Assembly: GCA_964016885.1 (NCBI GenBank)
Contig: OZ024765.1
Location: 14,198,001-14,262,000 of the forward strand
DNA: 64,000 nucleotides
Reading direction: 5' to 3'
DNA from: Eledone cirrhosa
Lineage: Eukaryota
Positions 1-10,994 of this stretch are shown here, piece by piece. Every line of letters starts with the position of its first letter. The stretch's first letter is position 1. The notes below the pieces were generated by a model. It was not told the origin of the DNA, searched no databases, and saw only the letters and a program-made list of their open reading frames with translations. Made by a program: the position numbers and the translations under genes.

Positions 1-1067
1 CTTTTTTTTCTTCAACATGTTTAGCCATCTTTAAAATCATATTCATACATATTCACAATTCCTCGTGGAGGGAGATAAGAGACATGTATATATATAGCTG
101 CATATTACTACAAAATAACTTGAACCATATGGCGAAACATTTTGTAAAGTATCTCTGTAATTATTCTCATTTCGATTATCTGTAGAATGTATTGACGTTT
201 AAGATAGAGACAATTGCCCTTCTTCTAATAATCTCTTTGTCCATTCCATGTTTAGCATCACAAAATATTGTTAATGCAAGATTTTGCTCTAATGTAATAA
301 ATGTTACTTTTAAAAGACCGAAGTTCTCAATTTTCTTCTTTCTCTTGTATATTGATATCTAAAGGATGACAAATGTATGAATTATGTGATAGGGAGGAAA
401 AAAGCCACGACCTTCTTCTCTCGTTAGAGAAGGCTAACTGAGAACGTCTTTCGCAGGAGTGACTAGTACTACTGCCTTTTATATACCGTGACAACTGGAA
501 AGACGTGACAAATAAGGATACACTCTGCTCTCCTTATCAACATTGTCCGAGTCTGAGGACCTTTCCTCCCTGGTTAAGGAGTGAGATAAAATATTAGGGA
601 TCAATCTCTAGCAATAATTTCATTAAATCATATTTAACCAGAGACTGTTATGTCGTGGTTGTTGTTATATTTTATAGTCGTGGTTTCAATGTTTAACAGG
701 GGTTGTAGAATTAGATTTATCTAATTATTATAAAACAAAACAGATTTATATATTGTCGCCGTTGTACGTTAAAATCGCATATATATTTATATACACACCA
801 AGGATGGAGGGACGACGGAATTGAAAACCATTATTGCTGAGTACATCACGGCAAGATCTAATACACACACACACACTCTCCCGTATATATTTAATAATCA
901 GCTATGACCATAAAGAAGGTCGTTGTAGGATCTAATGAACCCGAAAGAAAGTGAAAATATATTTTATGAAAGCCCCAGAAGAATAAATGTAAACATTGAC
1001 CCGATTATAGTAGAAATAAGAATGAGAAAGCCATGAACGCCAGCACATCTATTTTGCTTTGAAATTG

Positions 1068-1200
1068 AAAGTAGGTTTATAAATATTAATTTTTTCTTAT
1101 GTTCTTGTATCTGTTTCGTTGGCCTAATGGTAGGTGTTAGAGACTATGTAGACACTGATGTGGTGTTCAATCTCAGTCCGAATCTGTACTATATATTTTT
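1068..1200 (+). ncRNA. Putative Pol III two-hairpin module 1 (TATA + A box + B box + T-run)
   Basis: AAAGTAGGTTTATAAATATTAATTTT (TATAAATA at 1078-1085), A box TGGCCTAATGG 1120-1130, B-box-like GTTCAATC 1165-1172, T5 at 1196-1200; GTTTC/GAGAC stem around the A box. Confidence 0.55.
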
Positions 1201-1226
1201 AAATTTAAATTTTTCTCTAGCAAAGT

Positions 1227-1365
1227 AAAAAATGAAATTATTATCTATAGACTTTGACTGAGATCGAAACCCCGAGCAGGTTCTCCACCGTCTCTAATAC
1301 CTACCATTAGGCCACGGAGACAGATATAAAAACAGTGTGAAAATTAATATTTATAAAGTTACTTT
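1227..1365 (-). ncRNA. Putative Pol III two-hairpin module 2
   Basis: Minus strand reads aaagtaactttataaatattaatttt..ctgtctccgTGGCCTAATGGtaggtattagagacggtggaga..ggtTTCGATCtcagtc, then T6. CTGTCTC/GAGACGG stem. Confidence 0.55.
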
Positions 1366-1386
1366 TTTATTTTTGTTTTATACTAT

Positions 1387-1518
1387 AAAAAATATAATAC
1401 GACACATTGCCAGTGATTGAACCCCGGACCTGGACCTCCACCGGCTCTTATACTTACCACTAGGCTAAAGGGACGGTTACAGAAACTTACTGAAAATTGA
1501 TATTTATAAACCTACTTT
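1387..1518 (-). ncRNA. Putative Pol III two-hairpin module 3
   Basis: Minus strand reads aaagtaggtttataaatatcaatttt..accgtccctttAGCCTAGTGGtaag..gagccggtggagg..GGTTCAATC, then T6. Stems weaker than in other copies. Confidence 0.5.
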
Positions 1519-1523
1519 TTCAT

Positions 1524-1698
1524 TACTAGAAAAAACCGGAAGTGGAGATAATTGAAAAACATCTTCTTTTTCTTCCTCTGATTTTTTTTTATCCAAAATT
1601 TGGATTTAAGTCAGAGACGAGTTATCGTTCGTGGCAAAAATCAGAGGAAGAAAAAGAAAAAGTTTTTCAATTTTCTCCACTTCCGGTTTTTTCTAGTA
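1524..1698. repeat. 175-bp palindrome / MITE-like fold-back with ~65-bp arms (present in all five units)
   Basis: tactagaaaaaaccggaagtggaga..cttcctctgattttt versus aaaaatcagaggaag..tctccacttccggttttttctagta; TA at both ends. Absent from the diverged copy. Confidence 0.85.
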
Positions 1699-1834
1699 TA
1701 GGTAAGTAAATATTAATTTTCAAACATTTTTTCTAACCGTCCCTGTGGCCTAATGGTAAGCACTAGAGACGGTGGAGATCCTGATTTAGGGTTCGATTTC
1801 CGTTAGGTTCTATACTAATAACTGCGTATTTTTT
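1699..1834 (+). ncRNA. Putative Pol III two-hairpin module 4 (upstream TATA variant)
   Basis: taggtaagtaaatattaatttt..ACCGTCCCTG-TGGCCTAATGGTAAG-cac-TAGAGACGGT gg AGATCCTGAT..GGTTCGATT..GTTAGGTTCT, then T6. Both stems can be drawn. Confidence 0.55.
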
Positions 1835-1959
1835 GCTTTTATTAAGTAAGATTTGAACTAATAATGCTGTACTTTGTAGTAATGTCCCATATTATATTCA
1901 ACATATTTTAATTAAAATTTGTTTTTTTTATAAAAGAAAGAACAAAAAACCTTATTGAA

Positions 1960-3362
1960 ATTAAGAAATGAATTTTATTCAGTAAAGTTGTTTTTATTTT
2001 GTATTCACTTCATTAACTGCTGAATACGTCTTTTGTTTTTGTTTTTGTTTCCTTCTAACCATTGTTTACTGCACATGGTGGCTGCAACGAACCTGGATTA
2101 TTACCAAGTTTCACTGGATGATTGTATTATTTTGTTGTCAGTGGACATCTGGACATCTATCTAAATACCTGGAATAAACACAAGGTGTGTGTTTTACGTA
2201 ACATTTCATTTTAATGTCTGATGTTCCTGTATATCACATTTAAAATGTAACCAATAAACAAGACAGGGACGCTACATCAAAAGAAACCACACAGACGAGG
2301 TATGAATAATGTAAAATTCATTTTAACAAACTATAAACGATGTTTAAAGAGAGACAAACATTAAAAAAAAGGATTTCAAACAAACACGTAAACACAAAGA
2401 CAATTACAGCCATAATCTAATATCTGAAGATCAACATTTTTCACGATAGAAATAAAACTAAATATGTAAAGCTTAGTGGCCCCTGATTTACTTGCTTTTA
2501 ATTTCATTTTGATAAACTGTATTCTGTAGACATATATTTATGATTTTAATGATGAAATTTCCTCTTGTCTTTAAAAGATTATTACTTATAAAAAATTATA
2601 ATAGTTACCTCCTCCTCTGGATTAATATATAGCATCATTCGAGGTAGCTTACCCCCAGGGGTTCCTCAACTGGGCGATTTCAGCTGTTGGGTAGGCGATG
2701 AGCAGCTGAACAGAAAATTGAGGGCCATTGGAAACTTTGGTGGCCGATGTAGAATTTTGAGATTTAAGAAGGTATGCTACCCGAAAACCTATTCAAGGAA
2801 TATATGCAAAGAACCCGAATAAAAATCAGGAAGCTAATTGGGAAAATTGAACCAGGAACAAACATTTACGAAACATATTTGGTATACTTTGGAATATTTA
2901 CTATACAGGTGGCTGGTGGAACATTTTTTCACGTGAATGTGGGTAATGACGCCAAAATATTTGGCAACCCTTGGCTTACACCTTACTAAATGTTCTGGAG
3001 ACAAGCCTCATAGTTATATATCATAGTTCTTCAATCCTTCATCTTCCACCATTGGTGAAGTATTTCGATTTGATATGGCGATCGCCGAGTTAGATTTAGG
3101 ACGTGGTGGCGTTCATGGGTTTCTTAGTGTTGTTACTAGAAAGGGTCGACTCTGTCTTTCACACTTCAGGTTTTTTTATGAATTAAATATCCATTTTCTT
3201 TCTGATCGGTCTAACAATGATTTCAACCTACAATGACTCCGTCTGTAATAATGTTCTCTTATTTGAAATATGTCATACCTAACTGCCGTGTCTGTGTGTG
3301 TGAAAAATATTCCAACTTAGAGCGACGTTCCCGTAAATTGTTTAGCCTGAGTCCTATATATA
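1960..3362 (-). other. Putative spliced non-coding (or pseudogenic) Pol II transcript in each unit
   Basis: TATATA ~3355-3362; GTATGA..TTACAG intron 3278-3243; AG/GTAACT donor at 2608; tttattccAG acceptor at 2169; AATAAA at 1979-1974 and 1998-1993. All three frames of the middle exon contain stops. Confidence 0.35.
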
Positions 3363-3889
3363 GATAATGTGTAATATTTGAACCTTCATTGAGGGTCTTT
3401 GCCGTAATTTCCCGTAACTCCGACTAGAAGTCATTATGTAGTTTTTTCGTCCGTTAAAAATAATGATTAAAACAATTCTATATCCACAGTTATATACACC
3501 TCTTCATCACATATTATATTATTTACACCAATAACTACATTATATCCTTAAATATGACACCAAGATATATAATTTGTAAATAAAAGATAAAATATTAAAA
3601 CCTCAATTTTTAAATAATTTTACCCCACATTTATGTTCTCAGTGTTTAGATAAATCCATAATTTTATGATTTTGGAGCAGATAACATAGTACCAGTCATG
3701 TACTGGGATCAATTTAACGGATTGGTTCCTCCCCGCAAATTACTTGACTTTTGCCTAAGTAAGACATACTCACAGAATGTAACGATGTATATGTATGAAT
3801 CTATATATATAATAATATATATATATATATATATATTTATGTATATATTTTATGTTTACAATAAAAATAGACAAACAATTTAATGATAA

Positions 3890-4100
3890 TATGAAATGAA
3901 ATTATTATTATTTATTAATAATATTTTTATTGTTTTCACTGCATTAACTTCTGAGTGTGACTTTGTTTTTCTTACTATTTTCTACTGTAAATGGCGGCTT
4001 AATTGGTTTATTACTAACGTTTACTGGATTGTGGTGTTTCTTTATTGTTTTATATTTCAATCAGTGGACATCAGGATAGCTTTCTATATACCTGGGATAA
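3890..4100 (-). repeat. Diverged intra-unit paralog of the terminal-exon-like block 1960-2175
   Basis: Both start tttatyccAG/GTAT and share GATGTCCACTG, atccagt-aac-tt-gtaataa-cca, agttaatg-agtgaa and AATAAA. A third version lies at 24100-24300. Confidence 0.75.
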
Positions 4101-4189
4101 ATGTAAAGAGTACTGACTTTCATCTGCAGTTCAATGGTGATGTCTTCTTATATTTTCATTTACTTCTGCAATACTGTATATTGTAGTCT

Positions 4190-5080
4190 TTTCATTATTT
4201 TAAATATTTCTATCATGTCACTCGTTTGATATATCTCCCTGAAAGATGTAGTTATTCAGGGCTTTACATTGGAATAGTGTACTACTATTTAAATATTAGT
4301 CCTTTAAATATATATTTCTATCATGTCCCCCCCCCCCTCTTAGATTTGTCTCCTCTAAATTTGCAATCCCTAAAGTTTAACATCTTTCTTCAGAAGACAT
4401 ATTTCTTAATAATTCTGGTGTTTTCTGTTTTGTTCTTCTCTGGATTCCTTCAATAGCTTCTCCGTGCCCCAAAACAATATTCTAGGTCGTATCACACATA
4501 TCATTCAACTAGTGTTTTAGACCTCTCGACATTTAGCTAGGCAAAGGAATGTTTTATTATTCCTATCATCTGAATTCCTTTTTCTTCTTCAACATGTTTA
4601 GCCATCTTTAAAATCATATTCATACATATTCCCAATTCCTCGTGGAGGGGTATAAGAGACATGTATAAATATAGCTGCATATTACTACAAAATAACTTGA
4701 ACCATATGGCGAAACATTTTGTAAAGTATCTCTGTAATTATTCTCATTTCGATTTTCTGTAGAATGTATTGACGTTTAAGATAGAGACAATTGCCCTTCT
4801 TCTAATAATCTCTTTGTCCATTCCATGTTTAGTATCACAAAATATTGTTAATGCAAGATTTTGCTCTAATGTAATAAATGTTACTTTTAAAAGACCGAAG
4901 TTCTCAATTTTCTTCTTTCTCTTGTATATTGATATCTAAAGGATGACAAATGTATGAATTATGTGATAGGGAGGAAAAAAGCCACGACCTTTTTCTCTCG
5001 TTACAGAAGGCTAACTGAGAACGTCTTTCGCAGGAGTGACTAGTACTACTGCCTTTTATATACCGTGACAACTGGAAAGA
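4190..5080 (-). mobile_element. Highly decayed CR1/L2-type LINE ORF2 (RT and downstream region), repeated in every unit
   Basis: Manual minus-strand translation gives AIEGIQRRTKQKTPELLRNMSSEERC*TLGIANLEETNLRGDMIEIY, a second DMIEIFKIMK, KMAKHVEEK..MIGIIKHSFA*LN, LEYC, FCDAK (for FADDTK), and DNA resembling GIPQGSVLGPLL at 5031-5065. Many stops and frameshifts. Confidence 0.7.
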
Positions 5081-5644
5081 CGTGACAAATAAGGATAGAC
5101 TCTGCTCTCCTTATCAACATTGTCCGAGTCTGAGGACCTTTCCTCCCTGGTTAAGGAGTGAGATAAAATATTAGGGATCAATCTCTAGCAATAATTTCAT
5201 TAAATCATATTTAACCAGAGACTGTTATGTCGTGGTTGTTGTTATATTTTATAGTCGTGGTTTCAATGTTTAACAGGGGTTGTAGAATTAGATTTATCTA
5301 ATTATTATAAAACAAAACAGATTTATATATTGTCGCCGTTGTACGTTAAAATCGCATATATATTTATATACACACCAAGGATGGAGGGACGACGGAATTG
5401 AAAACCATTATTGCTGAGTACATCACGGCAAGATCTAATACACACACACACACTCTCCCGTATATATTTAATAATCAGCTATGACCATAAAGAAGGTCGT
5501 TGTAGGATCTAATGAACCCGAAAGAAAGTGAAAATATATTTTATGAAAGCCCCAGAAGAATAAATGTAAACATTGACCCGATTATAGTAGAAATAAGAAT
5601 GAGAAAGCCATGAACGCCAGCACATCTATTTTGCTTTGAAATTG

Positions 5645-6411
5645 AAAGTAGGTTTATAAATATTAATTTTTTCTTATGTTCTTGTATCTGTTTCGTTGGC
5701 CTAATGGTAGGTGTTAGAGACTATGTAGACACTGATGTGGTGTTCAATCTCAGTCCGAATCTGTACTATATATTTTTAAATTTAAATTTTTCTCTAGCAA
5801 AGTAAAAAATGAAATTATTATCTATAGACTTTGACTGATATCGAAACCCCGAGCAGGTTCTCCACCGTCTCTAATACCTACCATTAGGCCACGGAGACAG
5901 ATATAAAAACAGTGTGAAAATTAATATTTATAAAGTTACTTTTTTATTTTTGTTTTATACTATAAAAAATATAATACGACACACTGCAAGTGATTGAACC
6001 CCGGACCTGGACCTCCACCGGCTCTTATACTTACCACTAGGCTAAAGTGACGGTTACAGACACTTACTGAAAATTGATATTTATAAACCTACTTTTTCAT
6101 TACTAGAAAAAACCGGAAGTGGAGATAATTGAAAAACATCTTCTTTTTCTTCCTCTGATTTTTTTTTATCCAAAATTTGGATTTAAGTCAGAGACGAGTT
6201 ATCGTTCGTGGCAAAAATCAGAAGAAGAAAAAGAAAAAGTTTTTCAATTTTCTCCACTTCCGGTTTTTTCTAGTATAGGTAAGTAAATATTAATTTTCAA
6301 AAAATTTTTCTAACCGTCCCTGTGGCCTAATGGTAAGTACTAGAGACGGTGGAGATCCTGATTTAGGGTTCGATTTCCGTTAGGTTCTATACTAATAACT
6401 GCGTATTTTTT
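5645..6411. ncRNA. Four-module cluster plus palindrome, unit 2
   Basis: Copy of 1068-1834 at offset 4577. Confidence 0.55.
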
Positions 6412-8381
6412 GCTTTTATTAAGTAAGATTTGAACTAATAATGCTGTACTTTGTAGTAATGTCCCATATTATATTCAAGATATTTTAATTAAAATTTGTT
6501 TTTTTTATAAAAGAAAGAACAAAAAACCTTATTGAAATTAAGAAATGAATTTTATTCAGTAAAGTTGTTTTTATTTTGTATTCACTTCATTAACTGCTGA
6601 ATACGTCTTTTGTTTTTGATTCCTTCTAACCATCGTTTACTGCAAATGGTGGCTGCAACGAACCTGGATTATTACCAAGTTTCACTGGATGATTGTATTA
6701 TTTTGTTGTCAGTGGACATCTGGACATCTATCTAAATACCTGGAATAAACACAAGGTGTGTGTTTTACGTAACATTTCATTTTAATGTCTGATGTTCCTG
6801 TATATCACATTTAAAATGTAACCAATAAACAAGACAGGGACGCTACATCAAAAGAAACCACACAGACGAGGTATGAATAATGTAAAATTCATTTTAACAA
6901 ACTATAAACGATGTTTAAAGAGAGACAAACATTAAAAAAAAGGATTTCAAACAAACACGTAAACACAAAGACAATTACAGCCATAATCTAATATCTGAAG
7001 ATCAACATTTTTCACGATAGAAATAAAACTAAATATATAAAGCTTAGTGGCCCCTGATTTACTTGCTTTTAATTTCATTTTGATAAACTGTATTCTGTAG
7101 ACATATATTTATGATTTTAATGATGAAATTTCCTCTTGTCTTTAAAAGATTATTACTTATAAAAAATTATAATAGTTACCTCCTCCTCTGGATTAATATA
7201 TAGCATCATTCGAGGTAGCTTACCCCCAGGGGTTCCTCAACTGGGCGATTTCAGCTGTTGGGTGGGCGATGAGCAGCTGAACAGAAAATTGAGGGCCATT
7301 GGAAACTTTGGTGGCCGATGTAGAATTTTGAGATTTAAGAAGGTATGCTACCCGAAAACCTATTCAAGGAATATATGCAAAGAACCCGAATAAAAATCAG
7401 GAAGCTAATTGGGAAAATTGAACCAGGAACAAACATTTACGAAACATATTTGGTATACTTTGGAATATTTACTATACAGGTGGCTGGTGGAACATTTTTT
7501 CACGTGAATGTGGGTAATGACGCCAAAATATTTGGCAACCCTTGGCTTACACCTTACTAAATGTTCTGGAGACAAGCCTCTTAGTTATATATCATAGTTC
7601 TTCAATTCTTCATCTTCCACCATTGATGAAGTATTTCGATTTGATATGACGATCGCAGAGTTAGATTTAGGACGTGGTGGCGTTCATGGGTTTCTTAGTG
7701 TTGTTACTAGAAAGGGTCGACTCTGTCTTTCACACTTCAGGTTTTTTCATGAATTAAATATCCATTTTCTTTCTGATCGGTCTAACAATGATTTCAACCT
7801 ACAATGACTCCGTCTGTAATAATGTTCTCTTATTTGAAATATGTCATACCTAACTCCCGTGTCTGTGTGTGTGAAAAATATTCCAACTTAGAGCGACGTT
7901 CCCGTAAATTGTTTAGCCTGAGTCCTATATATAGATAATGTGTAATATTTGAACCTTCATTGAGGGTCTTTGCCGTAATTTCCCGAAACTCCGACTAGAA
8001 GTCATTATGTAGTTTTTTCGTCCGTTAAAAATAATGATTAAAACAATTCTATATACACAGTTATATACACCTCTTCATCACATATTATATTATTTACACC
8101 AATAACTACATTATATCCTTAAATATGACACGAAGATATATAATTTGTAAATAAAAGATAAAATATTAAAACCTCAATTTTTAAATAATTTTACCCCACA
8201 TTTATGTTCTCAGTGTTTAGATAAATCCATAATTTTATGATTTTGGAGCAGATAACATAGTACCAGTCATGTACTGGGATCAATTTAACGGATTGGTTCC
8301 TCCCCGCAAATTACTTGACTTTTGCCTAAGTAAGACATACTCACAGAATGTAACGATGTATATGTATGAATCTATATATAT

Positions 8382-8419
<38 letters not shown>

Positions 8420-10227
8420 GTATATATTTTATGTTTACAATAAAAATAGACAAACAATTTAATGATAATATGAAATGAAATTATTATTATTTATTAATAA
8501 TATTTTTATTGTTTCCACTGCATTAACTTCTGAGTGTGACTTTGTTTTTCTTACTATTTTCTACTGTAAATGGCGGCTTAATTGGTTTATTACTAACGTT
8601 TACTGGATTGTGGTGTTTCTTTATTGTTTTATATTTCAATCAGTGGACATCAGGATAGCTTTCTATATACCTGGGATAAATGTAAAGAGTACTGACTTTC
8701 ATCTGCAGTTCAATGGTGATGTCTTCTTATATTTTCATTTACTTCTGCAATACTGTATATTGTAGTCTTTTCATTATCTTAAATATTTCTATCATGTCAC
8801 TCGTTTGATATATCTCCCCGAAAGATGTAGTTATTCAGGGCTTTACATTGGAATAGTGTACTACTATTTAAATATTAGTTCTTTAAATATATATTTCTAT
8901 CATGTCCCCCCCCCCCCCCCTCTTAGATTTGTCTCCTCTAAATTTGCAATCCCTAAAGTTTAACATCTTTCTTCAGAAGACATATTTCTTAATAATTCTG
9001 GTGTTTTCTGTTTTGTTCTTCTCTGGATTCCTTCAATAGCTTCTCCGTGCCCCAAAACAATATTCTAGGTCGTATCACACATATCATTCAACTAGTGTTT
9101 TAGACCTCTCGACATTTAGCTAGGCAAAGGAATGTTTTATTATTCCTATCATCTGAATTCCTTTTTTTTCTTCAACATGTTTAGCCATCTTTAAAATCAT
9201 ATTCATACATATTCACAATTCCTCGTGGAGGGGTATAAGAGACATGTATAAATATAGCTGCATATTACTACAAAATAACTTGAACCATATGGCGAAACAT
9301 TTTGTAAAGTATCTCTGTAATTATTCTCATTTCGATTTTCTGTAGAATGTATTGACGTTTAAGATAGAGACAATTGCCCTTCTTCTAATAATCTCTTTGT
9401 CCATTCCATGTTTAGCATCACAAAATATTGTTAATGCAAGATTTTGCTCTAATGTAATAAATGTTACTTTTAAAAGACCGAAGTTCTCAATTTTCTTCTT
9501 TCTCTTGTATATTGATATCTAAAGGATGACATATGTATGAATTATGTGATAGGGAGGAAAAAAGCCACGACCTTCTTCTCTCGTTACAGAAGGCTAACTG
9601 AGAACGTCTTTCGCAGGAGTGACTAGTACTACTGCCTTTTATATACCGTGACAACTGGAAAGACGTGACAAATAAGGATACACTCTGCTCTCCTTATCAA
9701 CATTGTCCGAGTCTGAGGACCTTTCCTCCCTGGTTAAGGAGTGAGATAAAATATTAGGGATCAATCTCTAGCAATAATTTCATTAAATCATATTTAACCA
9801 GAGACTGTTATGTCGTGGTTGTTGTTATATTTTATAGTCGTGGTTTCAATGTTTAACAGGGGTTGTAGAATTAGATTTATCTAATTATTATAAAACAAAA
9901 CAGATTTATATATTGTCGCCGTTGTACGTTAAAATCGCATATATATTTATATACACACCAAGGATGGAGGGACGACGGAATTGAAAACCATTATTGCTGA
10001 GTACATCACGGCAAGATCTAATACACACACACACACTCTCCCGTATATATTTAATAATCAGCTATGACCATAAAGAAGGTCGTTGTAGGATCTAATGAAC
10101 CCGAAAGAAAGTGAAAATATATTTTATGAAAGCCCCAGAAGAATAAATGTAAACATTGACCCGATTATAGTAGAAATAAGAATGAGAAAGCCATGAACGC
10201 CAGCACATCTATTTTGCTTTGAAATTG

Positions 10228-10994
10228 AAAGTAGGTTTATAAATATTAATTTTTTCTTATGTTCTTGTATCTGTTTCGTTGGCCTAATGGTAGGTGTTAG
10301 AGACTATATAGACACTGATGTGGTGTTCAATCTCAGTCCGAATCTGTACTATATATTTTTAAATTTAAATTTTTCTCTAGCAAAGTAAAAAATGAAATTA
10401 TTATCTATAGACTTTGACTGAGATCGAAACCCCGAGCAGGTTCTCCACCGTCTCTAATACCTACCATTAGGCCACGGAGACAGATATAAAAACAGTGTGA
10501 AAATTAATATTTATAAAGTTACTTTTTTATTTTTGTTTTATACTATAAAAAATATAATACGACACACTGCCAGTGATTGAACCCCGGACCTGGACCTCCA
10601 CCGGCTCTTATACTTACCACTAGGCTAAAGTGACGGTTACAGACACTTACTGAAAATTGATATTTATAAACCTACTTTTTCATTACTAGAAAAAACCGGA
10701 AGTGGAGATAATTTAAAAACATCTTCTTTTTCTTCCTCTGATTTTTTTTTATCCAAAATTTGGATTTAAGTCAGAGACGAGTTATCGTTCGTGGCAAAAA
10801 TCAGAGGAAGAAAAAGAAAAAGTTTTTCAATTTTCTCCACTTCCGGTTTTTTCTAGTATAGGTAAGTAAATATTAATTTTCAAAAAATTTTTCTAACCGT
10901 CCCTGTGGCCTAATGGTAAGTACTAGAGACGGTGGAGATACTGATTTAGGGTTCGATTTCCGTTAGGTTCTATACTAATAACTGCGTATTTTTT
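10228..10994. ncRNA. Four-module cluster plus palindrome, unit 3
   Basis: Copy of 1068-1834 at offset 9160. Confidence 0.55.

Noticed and set aside
472-486. Minus-strand TATATAAAAGG as a TATA box
   Set aside because: Better explained as decayed RT sequence resembling GIPQGSVLGPLL in the LINE relic.
1109-1812. Modules as genuine tRNA genes
   Set aside because: No pairing anticodon stem and poor acceptor stems; only the A and B boxes are tRNA-like.
2645-2690. Minus-strand QLRNPWG resembling the calpain catalytic Asn motif
   Set aside because: No upstream catalytic His (HAY) motif, and stops on both sides.
2774-2989. 71-aa ORF repeated in each unit
   Set aside because: Conservation only reflects repeat youth; unit 5 has a stop and a deletion; no recognisable domain.
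3896-4186. 96-aa hydrophobic ORF repeated in each unit
   Set aside because: T-rich antisense of the terminal-exon-like block; not intact in the diverged copy.
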